Notes under the pieces: model-generated
Database searches by the model: none
The model's input: the letters and a program-made list of their open reading frames with translations, nothing else
What the model was told of the DNA's origin: nothing
Position numbers and translations under genes: made by a program
NCBI RefSeq assembly: GCF_009914755.1
Contig: NC_060927.1
Length of the DNA stretch: 64,000 nt
Reading direction: 5' to 3' (one strand)
Origin: the human T2T-CHM13v2.0 reference genome, Homo sapiens
Shown: positions 47,562 through 61,925 of the stretch, in pieces
How positions within the stretch are numbered: position 1 is the first letter of the stretch
How the letters are laid out: each line of letters begins with the position of its first letter

Positions 47562-47887
47562 CAGTCATCCCTTGGTATCTATGGGAAATTGGTTCCAGGA
47601 CCTCCCTCAGATGCCAAAATGCACGGATGTTCAGGTCGCTGATATAAAATGTCATAGTATTTGCATATAACCTATGCACATCTTCACATATCGTTCAAAT
47701 CATTTCTAGATTATGTATAATACCTAATACAATATAAATGCTACGTAAATAGTTATACTTTATTGTTTAGGGAATAATGACAAGGAAAGAAAAGCCTGCA
47801 CTTGTTCAGTACAAACACAATTCCCCCCACCCCCCAAATATCTCCAATCCTCCATTGATTGAACCCATGGATATGGAGGGCCAACTG
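47562..47887 (+). mobile_element. MER2 (TcMar-Tigger MITE), nested in an older Charlie-like relic (~47300-47945)
   Basis: TA-cagtcatcccttggtatc...ttggttccaggacc...ttgcatataacctatgcacatc...gaacccatggatatggagggccaactg-TA: terminal inverted repeats and TA TSDs. Confidence 0.9.
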
Positions 47888-48049
47888 TAAACATTTTCAT
47901 TAGATCTTTTATAAAAATGTCCCATGGAATCCTATTTGAGAAATTCAGGATTACACAAGTAAACAAAAGTTGAGAGAACTGGTTTTCTCTATCAAATTGG
48001 GCAAAGGTCTTCTCTGCCCTTGTCATTATGTGGATACGTTTTTCTATGA

Positions 48050-48345
48050 GGAGCACTATAGCACAGTGGTGAAGGGAATGGGTTTGGACTTGGACTGCTT
48101 GGGTTGGAATACTGCCTCCAGCATCCATTACCTATAGGACTCTGGGCAAGTTACAAAACCTCTCTGCACTGTTTTCTGCAATGTAAAATGGTGGTGGTGT
48201 GGGGGGGTGGTGTGGGAATAATAGTAATATCTGCCCCAGAAGGTTGTGGACAGATGAAGTCAGACAGCCTTTGTAAAGAGCCTAGAACAGTGCCTAGTAC
48301 CCTGTAAGCCTGGGGCAAATGTTAGCTGCAGTCATTGCCACCATC
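48050..48345 (+). mobile_element. MIR SINE
   Basis: agcactatagcacagtggtgaagg...gactgcttgggttggaatactg...tgtaaaatgg...cctagaacagtgcctagtac. Confidence 0.75.
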
Positions 48346-48934
48346 ACCATCATCTTGCCATCATCTCCCATCCTCTCTCTCAGAATCAGATTCCAGAAGT
48401 CATTTTGTCTCCATTTTCCTCACTGCTCTCCACAGTCATTCACTCTCGCTGTCCCACTCCTGCTTTTGAAAAGCCTCCACCCCTCTAGCCTTCATAACTA
48501 GCACAGGCCTTCCTCGCTCCAGGCTGAAATATTACAGCTTTCCCCTAGCTAGGTTCCCTGACCCCAGTCCCACTCTCTACCCAAACAACCTGCCCTCAAT
48601 GCCCAGACAAACCTGCCTGAAACCCTGCTGTGTTCTTGGCCCCATTCTGCTACAATGTTTCTGCCTTCATTGTCTAGATGGCAGAGTTCAAGGTTACCTT
48701 GGGTTGCAACCCTCTCACAAACTAATTCAAACCTGTTTTCCAAACCACATTTATTCCCTCACCCCCAGCTACTGTTCCTGCTGTTCTTCCCACTTGGAAT
48801 GTCGTTCCTAGCCTCTGCATAGACTCAAATTCCAAGTAGATTCCAGAACCCATCTCAGCTTGTGTCTTCTTCCCAAGGCCTTCCTGATCCCTCCATCTCT
48901 TACTCTGGCATGGGACACTAGCATCTGCTCTACT

Positions 48935-49125
48935 GTGGAGTGGCAGGTTTAGAGGGCTTAGGTTTAGAGACCTGGGCTCATATGCCAGCTCCAAAATGAG
49001 CAAGCGGTGAGAGTTTTGATCCAGTTGTGTAACCCCTCTGTGTCTCAGGTTCCTTATCTGAGACTGGAGATTGATAATGCTCTCTCTCCAAAGGGATAGC
49101 ATGAAACTCAAGCAAAAGTACTTGT
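48935..49125 (+). mobile_element. MIR fragment
   Basis: agacctgggctcatatgccagctcc...taacccctctgtgtctcaggttccttatctg. Confidence 0.65.
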
Positions 49126-49385
49126 ACACATTCAGATTTTTTTCCAGTCTTCCTGTGTGTTTTTTGAGGAGCCCTAGATTTGGCAAAGGTGCCTTTGAAG
49201 GCGGAAGTAGGAAACTGAAGCGGGCTAGGTTGTCAGACCTCCAGCCCCTGCCTCTACACTTCAACCAGAGCTGCGCTACCTTGATCAATTATATTTATAT
49301 ATTTGGGATCTGGGTGACCTTTACTTAGGAAAAAAAAGAGATCTATTCCACAAAAGAAAGAATAAGAAAACCATCTCATCTCCCA

Positions 49386-49696
<311 letters not shown>

Positions 49697-50624
49697 AAGA
49701 AAACCACCTCTTATCATTAGTACCATACAGGCTTTCCATAATTATTTCACTATTTCACAACAGTACAGCTGGTCTCCCCAGATACATTGTAACCTCCTTG
49801 GGAGAAAGGACTGAGTCATCTTTAAGTATGTATTTTCCCTAGTTAAATATGTTGTACCCGGTAAGTACTTAAATACTTGTTGATGAAGCAGCTCTGCCTT
49901 ACTGCCCACCGGTTCCTCCAGAGATCACACTTTTATAAGGTTAAGCCCATCAAGAAGTTCCTTTTCCACTTCCCTGAGCAGGCAGCCATGGCTTCTTTAT
50001 CTCCTTTCACTCTCTTCTGGGAAGATCTACTTCAATCCCAGTGCCATTATCTCTCTCTACCAAACACTGCTCAGAGAATAGCCTCTGAGACCTGTTTCCT
50101 TACCAGGATTCAGAGGATCACAGATACTAGAGATGAAGGAGAAAAAAAATAAATCTATCAGGGCATCATGTCCTCTCCTTGTGCAAAACGGTTAAGTCCT
50201 GAACATTTTCTAAATATTTGTCAGGCCTGGTATTAAAGGCTTGAAGTGACAAGGTCCCTCAAGGGAGAAGTTGGCATTAAACCTCACTCTTAAAGATGAC
50301 TTCTTTTACTGACTTTTCAGTTTCATGTTTCACCACTGAATCTCACTTCTCACTTTTAGTTAAATCCCTTCTAAGTAGCCAGGCTACAGTGAGTGGGGGC
50401 TACAGAAAAGCCACAGGAGGAGTCAGAAGAGGGTAGAGCTGTCACTCTGTGGGCTATGTTTCCCTCTGACTACAGGTAATCAAAAAGGATGGGCAAGGTG
50501 AAATCTTGACATCTCACTTGAACAGAAGTACTCCCCCATTCTTGCAGATTCCCCATCATTCCCATTCAGAGAGCCAAAATGCAACTGTGTAATTATAAGA
50601 TAATGTCTTATTTTTGTGGCCCCA

Positions 50625-50880
50625 CTGAGGTTACCAACTCAGACACCTATAGGGGCCCTTTGATAAGGATGGCAAACCCACTTCCTTCAGCATATTGCCA
50701 GCTCACAGGAAGGTGCATCATGTCACCAGATTATCCCCCTTTAAAAAAAAAAAAAAAAAGAAAGAAACCATCTATCAAAATTTCAATGAGGAATCTCTTC
50801 ATTTTTGAATGTTGGCAATGAATTCAAATTATCTTTAACCCATTGTAAAGGCACAGCTGACACCAGTCCCTTCTGTAGGA
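50625..50880. mobile_element. MER102-like hAT relic containing an expanded A-run
   Basis: gaggttaccaactcagacacctatagggg...atgaggaatctcttcatttttgaatgttggcaatgaattcaaatt. Confidence 0.5.
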
Positions 50881-51084
50881 GATTTCTTCTCCTTCTGAAA
50901 TCCATCGCCAATTCATAAGCAAGCACGCAGGAATGGACAATGCTGTATGTTTATTACATTTATAATTTTGTGTGTAGAAGCCTTGCCTCAATCCTCAAAA
51001 TGCAGACACCTATGCTGCAGTCTTTTGCGTGGTTACATCACTCAACGTCCCCAGTACATATGTTCAGAAAAATGGTCAGGTCCT

Positions 51085-51300
51085 CAGGGAATAGTTAAAA
51101 CTGTGCAGGACTAGACTACTTAGGTTTATATCCCTGCCTCAGTGCTTGACAGCTCTGGGACCTTGGGCACCTCAGTTTTCTCATCTATATAATGGTGATG
51201 ATAATAACAGCCCTGGGCTCATAGGGTTGTTGTGAGGTTTAAATGACATAGCAGGGTGTACATCATTTAGCAAATACACTAGGAGCTTAATAAATGTCAT
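51085..51300 (+). mobile_element. MIR SINE
   Basis: gaccttgggcacctcagttttctcatctatataatggtgatgataataac...catagggttgttgtgaggtttaaatga. Confidence 0.8.
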
Positions 51301-51614
51301 TTGGAAGCTGCTTCACATTTCCACATTCTATTAAAACACCCAGGAACCAATGGTGCCCTCACTTCATCTCTAGATTTTGCTAAAGAGTTGGTTTAATTTT
51401 CTCCATGTCTTCGGGTTTCATTTTTACCTCTGAAGGTCAAGTTGGCTTGCTACATTCTTGGCAGAGTCCATAGCCCCTTTGATGGTAGAAAATGATATAA
51501 ATGAAAAGGTCAGATGATCTTGCCTGGGTTACCTGTCATTCTGGAAGATCACAGCTGTATGCTAAACTAGATCTAGGTATGTGTGTGGGGTGGGGCTGAA
51601 GTCTACACCCATAT

Positions 51615-52043
51615 TGTGGTAGGCACAGATATGTACCACCCAGGTTGCCCTTCAAGGAGGGACTTGGCCTCCCAACTGTAAGGTGGATAGTGATTAGCAA
51701 GCACTGTTCAGCCATTAGCTACTTGAGAATGGGCCTCAGCTCCAGTGAGCTGCTTCCCTAAAGACCATACATTTCTTGGGCAGCTTTCATTTCCTACAGA
51801 GTGAGGCAGGTGTGACAAGATGCTGCTGTTTCCATTCATCACGGAACAATCCAGATAGGCAATAATGAACCCAGGGCTCCCCACTGGCTTGGGTGAAGCT
51901 TTGGAGGGCCTACCTCAAAGTCCAGCTTCTACCTTGCCCACTCCTGTTTCTGCCCCTTCCTTTCACAGGTGTTGATGCCTAATAAACATCTTGTACTCCA
52001 GAGTCCATCTCAGCACTGCAGCCCAAGAACCCAACCCATAACA
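51615..52043 (+). mobile_element. LTR16A-like ERVL solo LTR
   Basis: tgtggtaggcacag...cccttcaaggagggactt...ccttcctttcacaggtgttgatgcctaataaacatcttgtac...gaacccaacccataaca. Confidence 0.7.
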
Positions 52044-54176
52044 CACGGGTGTACTGATGCACACACACACTCCTGAAACCCAGACAATCCTTTAAAACTA
52101 TCTTTTTAATAAACAGAAACCAGCCAAGTTTGATTATAAAGAAAACCAATCGTGCATTGAGACCTATGGGATTAGCAGGGTCAGGGGTATCTATAGAGTT
52201 GGGAAGGATTACCACTGATATTTTCTTCCAATTTCTTTTATTGTGGTAGAATACACATAATCTAAAATTTACTATCTTGGCTATTTTTAGGTGTACAGTC
52301 CAGTGACAATAAGTACATTTACATTGTGGGCTACAATTGCCACCATCCATGTGCAGAACTCTTTTTCGTCTTGTAAAACTGAAATTCTATACCCATTAAA
52401 TAACAACTCCCCATTCTCCCTCCCCCCAGCTTCTGGCAACTACCATTCTACTTTCTGTCCATGAGGGTTGACAAATCTAGATAACTCATGTAAGTGGAAT
52501 CATACAGTATTTGTCTTTTAGTGACTGGCTTATTGCACTTAGCACAATGTCCTCCAGATTCATCCATATCATAGCACTTATCAGGATTTCCCCTTTTTCA
52601 AGGTTGAATAATATTTTATTGCATGTATATAACACATTTGATTTATTCAATCATGTTTCAATGGATACTGAGTTGCTTCTACTTCTTGGCTATTATGAAT
52701 AATGGTGCTATGAATGTGGGTGAACATGGGCGTACAAACATCTGTTCCAGTTCCTGCTTTCAATTATTTCAGGTGTATGCCCAGAAGTGGGATTGCTGGA
52801 TCATATGGTAATCCTGTTTTTAATTTTGTGAGAAACTGCCACACTGTTTTCCACAGCAGCTGTACCATTTTACACTCCCACCAACAGTGCACATGAGTTC
52901 CAATTTCTCCATATCTTTGCCAACACTTCACTCTTTTTTGATAGCAGCCAACTTAATGGGTATGCAGTGATATCTCATTGTAATTTCATTTGCATTTCTC
53001 TAGTGATTAGTGATGCTGAGCATCTTTTCAACTGTTTATTGGACACTTGTACATCTTCTCTGGAGAAGTGTCTATTCTAGTCCTTTGCGCATTTTTGAAT
53101 CAGTGATTTTTGTTGTTGTTGCTGAGTTTTAGGAATTATCTATATATTATGAATATTAATCTATTATCAGATATATGATTTGCAAATATTTTTTCTCACT
53201 CTGTGGGTTGCCTTTTTACTATACTGATGGTGTCTTTTGATGTACAAAAATGTTTTTCATTTAAGTCCAATTCATCTATTTTTCCTTTTGATGCCCGTGT
53301 CTCTGGTGTCATATCCGATAAATAATTGCCAAATAAAATATCATGAGGCTTTTGCTCTAAATTTTATTCTAAGAGTTTTATAGTTTTAGTTCTTAAAGTT
53401 AGGTCGGAGACTCATTTTAAATTTTTATATGGTGTAAGGTAAGGAATGTACCTAACATTAATTGTATTCTTTTGCACTTGGATACAGAGTTTTCCTAGCG
53501 GCATTTATTGGAAAGACTGTCTTTTCCTCCATTTAATCATCTTGGCACTCTTGTCAAAAATCATTTGACCACATATGTGAAGGTTTACTTTTGGACTCCT
53601 CTATCCTCTATTCTATTCCATTGATGTATAAATCTATCTTTATGCCAATACCACATTGCTTTGACTCCTACAGTTTACAGTAAGTTTTGTAATCATAAAG
53701 TATGAGTCCTCCAGGTTTGTTCTTTTCCAGGATTTCTTTGGCCATCTAGGGTCCTTTCAATTACATATGAATTTCAGGATGGCTTTTTGTATGTCAGCAA
53801 AAAAAGCATCGTTGGAATTGTCACAGGGATTGTGTTAAGTCTATAGATCGCTTTGTATAGTATTGAAAACAATATTAAATCTTCTAATCCATAAACATAA
53901 GATGTGTTTTCATTGATTGATACCTTCTTTCAGAAATGTTTTACAGTTTTCACTGTACAAGTTTTTCACTTCTTTGGTTAAGCTAATTCCTAAGTATTTT
54001 ATTCTTTTTAATTCTCAATTTTCTTTTCAGATTGTTGTTAGTGGATAAAAATGCAATGTATTTTTGTTTGTTGACTTTGTGTCTTATTGCTTTGTTGAAT
54101 TCATTTATTACTCCTTACAGATTTTTTTTTTTGGTGGAATCTTTAGGGTTTTCTACATGTAAGTTCATATCATCTG

Positions 54177-54584
54177 TAATACAGTTTGTATGTTGTCCCC
54201 TTCAAATCTGATGTTGAAATGCAATCCCCAGTGTTGGAGATGAGTCCTAGTGGGAGGTGACTGGGTCATGGAAGCAGAACTCTAATGGCTTGGTGCTGTC
54301 CTCATGATAATGAGTGTGTTCTCATGAGATCTGTTTGTTTAAAAGTGTGTGGAACCTCCCACACCCTCCTTCTCTTTTGCTTCCGCTCTGGCCATGTGAC
54401 ATGCCTGCTCATGCTTCACTGTCTGCCATGAGTAAAAGCTCTCTGACACCTCCCCAGAAGCCAAACAGATATTGGCACCATGCTTGTGTGACTTTCAGAA
54501 CTGTGAACCAATTAAACCTCATTTCTTTATAAATTACTCTGTCTCAGGTATTCTTTTATAGCAATGGAAGAATAGCCTAATACA
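54177..54584 (+). mobile_element. MSTA/MSTB MaLR solo LTR nested in L1 ORF2
   Basis: taatacagtttgtatgttgtccccttcaaatc...cagaactgtgaaccaattaaacctc...gcctaataca. Perfect 5-bp TSD ATCTG (54172-54176 and 54585-54589). Confidence 0.92.
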
Positions 54585-54836
54585 ATCTGCAAACAGATAT
54601 AATTTAATTTCTTCATTTTCAATTTGGATGCCTTTATTTTTCTGGTTGAATTTTTCTGGCTAGGACTTTAAGTACTATGTTGAATACAAGTGGTGAAAAT
54701 GGGCATACTTTCCTTGTTCTTGATCATAGAGGCAAATCTTTCAGTCTTTCGTCACTGAACATGATGTTCAATGTGGGTTTTTTATATGTGGCTCTTATCA
54801 TGTTGGGGTAGTTTCTTACTTTTCCTAGTTTGTTGA

Positions 54837-54870
54837 GTGTGTGTGTCTGTGTGTGTCTGTGTGTGTGTGT
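54837..54870. repeat. Interrupted (TG)n microsatellite inside the L1
   Basis: gtgtgtgtgtctgtgtgtgtctgtgtgtgtgtgt. Confidence 0.85.
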
Positions 54871-57800
54871 TTAAACCACAAAGGGCTTGAAATGTGGCAG
54901 ATGCTCTTTCTGCATCAACTGAGATGATAATGTGTTTCTTCCTCTTCTTGCTCTGCTGTGATGTATTGTATTGGTTGATTTTTGTGTATAGAACCATCCA
55001 TACACTCCAAGAATAAATCTCGCTTGGTCATGATGTATAATTCTTTTAATATACCGGTGAGTTTGGTTTGCTAGTATTTCGTTGAAGATTTTTGTAGCAA
55101 TGTTTATAAGGGATATTGGTCTGTAGTTTTTTTGCAATGTCTTTGTATCAAGGTAATGCTGGCTTCATAGAATGAGGAAGTGTTCCCTTTTATTTAATTT
55201 TTTTGAAAAGTTTGAAAAAGATCGGTTTAGTTGTTTAAATATTTGGTACTATTCACCAGCAAAGTCATAAGGTCTGGGGCTTCCCTTTGCTAGGAGATTA
55301 CTGATCACTGATTTAATCTCCTTACTAGTTTTAGGTCTATTCAGTGTTCATGACTTAGTCTCATAGGTTTTGTGTTTCTAGGAATTTGTCCATTTCACCT
55401 GAACTATCCAATGTGCTGGCATGCAATTGTTTATATTACTTGCTTATAATCCATTTTATTTCTGTAGACTTGATAGCAATGTCCTCACTTTCATTTCTGA
55501 TTTTATTAATTTTAGACTTCTGGTTTTTTTTCTTAGTCTAGCTAAAATTTTGTCAATTTTGTTGATAATTTCAAAAATCACTTTTTCCCCTGATTTTCTA
55601 GTTTTTCCTTGATTTCTATTATTTTTCTGTTCTCCATCTCATTTATCTTTGCTCTAATCTTTATTCTTTCCTTCTGTTAGCTTTGGGGTTAGTGCGTTAT
55701 TTTTCTAGTTTCTAAGTTGTAAGCTTAGACATTTGTCTTATTTTTAAATATAAGTATTTGTAGCTATAAAATTTCCCCTTAGTACTGTTTTCATTACTTC
55801 CATATGTTTGGATATGTTGTGTTTTTGTTTTCATTTGTCTTTTAAGTATTATCTAATTCCCCTTGTGTTTTCTTATTTAATCCAGTTGTTGCTTAAGATT
55901 GTGTTATTCAATTTTCACAAATTTTTGAATTTTTCAGTTTTCCTTCTGTTACTGATTTCTAATGCCATCCTATTGTGATCAGAGAAGACACTCTGTACAA
56001 TGTCTGTCTTTTAAAATTTACTGAGACTTCATTTGTGGCCTTGCATATGGTCTATCCTGGAAAATGTCTCACGTGTACTTGAGAAGAATGTGTATGCTGT
56101 TGTTAGGTAGAGTGTTTGGCATGTATCTGTTAGATCCAGCTGGTTTACTGTTTTGTTCAAGTCCTCTGTTTTCTTACTTAACTTCTGTCTTTTGTCTCTT
56201 TGCTAGCATTTTTTATTTAAAGTCTATTTTTTCTGATATTAGTATAGCCAACTCTGCTCTGTTTTGGTTTACTATTTACATGGAATATCCTTTTCTGTCC
56301 TTTTACTTTTAACCTATTTGCATCACTGGTTCTAAAGTAAGTCTGTGAAGACAGTATATAGTTGGATTATGATTTTTTAAAACCATTTTGTCAACCTCTG
56401 TCTATTGACTAGGCTGTTTAATCCATTTACATTTAAAGTAATTACTGTTAAGGAGAGGTTTGATTCTGTCATTTTGTGACTTGTTTTCTATATGCCTTAT
56501 AGGTTTATTTTGTCCCTCATTTCCTGTATTCCTGTCTTCTTTTGTGTTTGGTTGATTTCTTGTTTTGATAATGAAATGATTAAATTCCTTTTCGATTTTT
56601 TCTGTATATTCTTTAGCTGTTGTCTTTGTGGTTACCATGGAAATTATATTTAACATCCTGAAGTTATTACACTGTAATTTGAATTTATGCCAGCTTAACT
56701 TCTATAACATATAAAAACTGTGCTACTTTAACAACATTATACCCTCCCCTTTCTGTTGTTGATGTCATAAAATTACATCTATATATCTTGACTTCCTCAA
56801 AACATCAACTAATAATTTTTATCCATTAGTCTCTTAAATTATATAGAAAACAAAACATGGAGTTATAAACCAAAGTTATAATAATATTGATTTTTAGACC
56901 AATATATTTTAAAAATCCGTTATTCTCTTAATTCATATAGAAACAAAAAGTGGAATTACATACCATGTTAAAATAACACTAGCTTTTCTACTTACAAATA
57001 TATTTACCAATACAAAGACCTTTATTTCTTTATATAGCTTCAAGTTACTGTCTAGCATCACCTCATTTTAACCTTCTGGACTCCCTTTAGCATTTCTTGA
57101 AGGGCAGATCTAGTTCTAATAAATTTTCTCAGGTTTTATCTGGGAATGTCTTAATTTCTCCTTCACTCCTTTACTTCTTTTGCAGTACAGTTTTGTTGGA
57201 TACGTGATTATTGGCTGACAGTTTTTTTTCTTTTACCACTTTGAATATCTGAGCCTTCTGGCCTGTAAAGCTTCTAATGAAAAAATCTGCTGATAATCTT
57301 AGTGAGGATCCCTAGTGCATGACAAATCTCTTCTCTTCTGCTGCTTTCAAAATTCTCTCTTTGTCTCTGACTTTCAATAGTAGTATTTATAATGTGTTTT
57401 GGTGTGAGTCTTTCAGGCTCACCCTATTTGTATTTTGGTGAGCTTTTTGATGTTCATATTCATGTCATTCAACAAATTTGGGAAGTTTTTATTCATTATT
57501 TCTTCAAATAATCTCTCTGCCCCTTTCTGTCTCCCTCTTTTCCTTCTGGGGCTCTCACAATGCATACGTTGGTTCACTTGATGGTGTACCACAGGTCCCT
57601 TAGGCTCTGTTCATCTTTCTTCAACTTTTTTTTTCTCTCTGTTCCTCAGACTTAATTTTCATTGACCTATCTTTAAATTCATTAATTCTTTCTTCTGCCT
57701 GTCAAAATCTGCCTTTGAGTTCTAGTGAATTTCTCATGTCAGTCATTATATTTTTCAGCTTTACAATTTATTTTTGGTTTCTTTGCATCACTCTCTCTTT

Positions 57801-59438
57801 ATTGATGTTGCCCTTTTGATCAGACATTATTTTCTTGACTTTCCCCAATTATTCCTTTAGTTTTTTTGATCATCTCTATGATAGGTAGTTTAAGTATCTG
57901 GCTAATGGATCCATCATTAGGTCTTTTCAGCTCAGTGTCCATTGGTTTATTTATTTATTTTCCCTTTAATGCTTAATACGTTCCTGTTGCTCTATATGCC
58001 TTGTAATTTTATTTTTGTTGAAAACTGGACATATGAATCGAATAATATGATAATTCTTGAAATCAGATTCTCCCCCTTTGCTAGGGTTGCTGGTTTTTGT
58101 TTTCATGTTTTTGATTGTTGTAGGCCAACTCTATAGCAAGGATCACTCTGAGGTATAAACTTAAAGTCTTTTCTGAGCCAGTGCCTTGCCTGGAACATGC
58201 ACAGTAGCTATCTAAAGTCTCCCACATATGTAGTTGCTTTTGAATGTCCTAGTTTTCAATATCTGGGTCCCAAAAAGGGAAAGAAGAAAAATTAAGGGAA
58301 GCGAAAAAAGGCATCAGCCCTTTAAATTCCCTAGGAGTCACTTCAGCTAGAGAGGAAGGTACAACAATAATGGCTACCACCTCTTTTTTGTACCTCTGTG
58401 ATTGAAAACGGCAATCAGTAATCAGAATACAGATCCCAATATTTGCAGGATAGAGTCCTTTTTGCCCACCGTGGCTCCCACAAGCCATGTGCAAACCAGG
58501 AGTACATGCACAGCTGCCTGCCATGGGGCTGAAAGATGGGGAATGGGTAGTTATTACTGTGCTAAGAACTGAAATTGATTGAAATTAATCACAATTTGTG
58601 CCCCTTTCCCTGGAATATTCAGGCCTTCAGTGGACTCCAGAGTTCCAAAATAGCTACAACAGACAGATTCTGCCAATGCAATTGTTATCTATGTGGAAAT
58701 ACAGATTTCTCAAGCTTCATACTCTATAATCTTCCCATCAATTATATTTTAATATACCTATATTTATAGGGAAAGAATGCCAAAAAGATTTAAAAAAATC
58801 ACAGACCTTTAATAGCTCTTTGGGGATTTTTGAGCAATTTCAGTAATCTTCTAAAATAATATTTAGAATATCTTCTAAAATAATAGAGATCTTAGAAATT
58901 ATAAAGACAAAAAAGATTATTTGTGTTGACATTCAATACTTTTTCTTCTGAAATTCCCAAAGTACTTACATTTAGGATATATTAGATAAATTAGGTAACG
59001 CAATGGGAAGGTAAGCTATTCTAAGTTTTCCAGCCTTGTTATTATCCAGTAATAATGCCATTCAACTTGCTGGCACTTAGATTGTCTGAGGAACCTTTCC
59101 AAATATGGTGTCATATAAATGCCATTGTAAAGCTCTACCAGAATAGCATTATCAGATTCTTCCTTCAATGCCCAGTAACAATAAAACACTTGGGGAAAAA
59201 GATCTCATTTCAGAGTCCCTGTCTCTCATCCTTCACTCTTGAGTATTCAGCTGCATCTGTCATTCTTTGTTTTTATATTTCTGTTTATTCAAATATCACA
59301 TGATCCTAAAACAGAATAAATCCTGTCATCATGCAAATTCCATTTAGGACAGTACTCTCATATATGAGGTCAGGTTCATATCCCTTTATAGGCAATCAAG
59401 CTAATGTATATAGTTGTTTGTTAAGAAATAAGATTCTC

Positions 59439-59733
59439 GGCCAGGCTCAGTGGCTCATGCCTGTAATCTCAGCACTTTGGGAGGCCAAGGCAGGCAGATC
59501 ACTTGAGGCCAGGAGTTTGAGACCAGCCTGGCCAACATGGTGAAACCCCATGGCTCCATTAAAAATACAAAAATTAGACAGGTGTTGTGGTGCACGTCTG
59601 TAATCCCAGCTACTCAGGAGGCTGAGGCATGAGAATCACTTGAGCCTGGCAGGTGGAGGTTGCAGTGAGCTGAGATCATGCTACTGCGCTCCAGCCTGGG
59701 TGACAGAATGAGACTCTGTCACAGAAAAAAAAA
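59439..59733 (+). mobile_element. Alu, AluS-type (Sz/Sx-like), full length
   Basis: ggccaggctcagtggctcatgcctgtaatc...ccagcctgggtgacagaatgagactctgtc with an A tail. TSD ataagattctc/atgagattctc. Confidence 0.97.
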
Positions 59734-59872
59734 AGATGAGATTCTCCCATTATTAAATGCATATGAAAAAGATCAAATAATGCATGCGATATGAGTTGTG
59801 TCCAAACCACAATCTCATGGAGGCAAAATTATCAAGACTTCAATCCGATTGGTGGCTTGCAAACTACCCTAG

Positions 59873-59920
59873 GCCTCCAACCCACAAATATATACAGCCT
59901 CCAACCCACAAATATAAACA
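59873..59920. repeat. 24-bp tandem duplication
   Basis: gcctccaacccacaaatatataca followed by gcctccaacccacaaatataaaca. Confidence 0.9.
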
Positions 59921-61694
59921 GACACAGATGAAATCTGGATGCTAGGAATTCGTTTCCTAAACTTTCCAACAGCACGTACCTGAGGGACTGTATGGAAGAG
60001 ATGAAACAAGAGACATGTTTAGGAGGAAGGAGCTAGTTGTTTACCAATTAATGACGAACTATCTAAAACTTCTTTGCTCTCTAAAAGTAAGACTTGTAAT
60101 GTTTTCAGAAATAAATATGGGTTATTCTTAATCAGGTATATTATAAGAGTAGCTTATAGAAGGAGATATGCATTGTTTCTGCAGTGAAGGAAAAAGCATA
60201 ATTTAATTTTTGACAAAATCAGAAATATTATAAGGTATATGTTCAGCTGCAGAAGCTATAATACCTTTGACTTTAGTTCTTTAAAATAAATTATAGATAC
60301 ACAACTATATGCACTAACAGCCTAAAAGTAAGTCATGCTGGGTTTTTTTCCATACAATTTTAATTAGGTATATTTTTTCCAATGTGTTTTGAAATGATCT
60401 GCTAGGACCAAATGCTAACATGAAATTCCCTGCATGCTGGTAGTTAATTTAATAAAAATTAGAAAGGTGAAGCCCTGTTCCCTAGAGGGAGAAGGTCTTA
60501 ACACAAAACATTCATTATTTCCACATAAATTGCAAAAAGTAAAGATGCTGGATTTAAAATCTAAGCAGGAAGAAACTGTCAACTTTCATTATCAGTGGAC
60601 AAATGTTTTAATTTGCAATATTCCCTAGCAACTTTTTGAACAGACAACTTTACCTCTTTACCAACATCTACTTTAATTCCTAATTTGCAGCTGCATAAGT
60701 ACTATGTTGGGCCCAAAGCTTTGGGTATATCTCTTAGAGGTAATGGAATCCTTGTTGTTTTCTGGCACTGCCTCATTAAAATGAAACTCAGACTCAGGGT
60801 AACCCTGAAAAACCTAAGCCCTCCAATAAAAAATGTGGTATATCCCTGCACTTAAATTACGCAGGAGAAGTGAAGGCTGGTACATCACACACAGAAGAGA
60901 AGCTAAAGGTCAAGCTATTAGAGTTAATGAGCCGATACAAGCTCAGGCTCTCTAACCAGAGAGGTTAGGGACAGAATACATGGCCACCCCAAGGAACTTT
61001 ATTTAAGATATCAATTAAAAATGAGTCACCTCTCTTCTCAGCTCCTGCACTCAACACTGACACTGGGAACAATGACTGAAGGACTCACACATGTCTGAGA
61101 AAAGGCACCTTGTGGGTGTGACTTGCCACAAAAGCAAGAGTCTTTCTGCATTTGTAAATGTGTTGGTAAGGCAACAAAAAGAATACTACTGTGCAAGGGG
61201 AGGTAGAGGTGGTGATCCTGGCATCCTAAAAGCCTGATTGTATGTTCTAATCCATTCTGATGTCACCAAAGCTCCCCTTCGAGGGAATAACCTGGATTAT
61301 GGCCAATACTTTCTACTTCTAATAGTCTTCCAGTTTCATTGTTCACAAGGGGTTGGTAAACAAAAATCAATGAAAAGAGCAGGGTCTTCTCTATTTTGGA
61401 TTTGGACACTGATGATGAAGCTGTGATATTCTGATCCAGGACTCAATGGCTCCTCCTGGATCTTCTAACAAGGTCAATCTGGCTGAGTTCCAGACAGTCA
61501 GCTGATGGTCTCATATGAGGAATCTAAAGTTGATGAAGATGGTGGTAGTAGAGTGGTGGTAATCCTCATAGCTCAAAAACGATCAGAGCTCATTAATTAT
61601 TAACTAACTAGAACTTTTATGGCTCATTAGCTACTGGTTAAATGTCAGGTAAAATGTAATATTTAATAGAAAATGTTAAGATTAGAAATATGCA

Positions 61695-61925
61695 GAGCAT
61701 TTCTTATGTGCCAGACCTATGCTAAGTATTTCATATCCATTATTGTACTTGATCCTTACAACTCCCATGCAAGGGACCTATGTTTATCTCAATTTAACAG
61801 AGAAGAAGGCAAAGTGTGAAAAACTAAGTAACTTGTCTTAAGTTAAACAGCTAATGGAGTGGTAGACTTGAGCTTCAAACCCAGGTTTAGCCAACTCCAA
61901 GCCCATTCAATTATCACTTGATACA
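61695..61925 (-). mobile_element. MIR SINE
   Basis: gagcatttcttatgtgccagacctatgctaagtattt...taagtaacttgtcttaagttaaacagcta...ttcaaacccagg. Confidence 0.75.

Larger units (their letters stand above)
52225..58740 (-). mobile_element. Ancient L1M (L1MB-type 3' end), near full length and heavily decayed, interrupted by an MST LTR
   Basis: L1MB 3' UTR at 52.2-52.6 kb. ORF2p remnant NYRPISLINIATKIFNEILAN...IIHHDQ (54871-55137, minus strand). T-rich L1-like sequence continues to a 5'-end-like region near 58.7 kb. Confidence 0.85.

Noticed and set aside
48722-49288. Longest ORF in the window (188 aa, minus strand)
   Set aside because: It runs through MIR- and L2-like sequence, has no recognisable domain and no supporting gene structure.
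50743-50765. Poly-A run as the tail of a processed pseudogene
   Set aside because: No upstream mRNA-like sequence or TSD. It sits inside a MER102-like relic.
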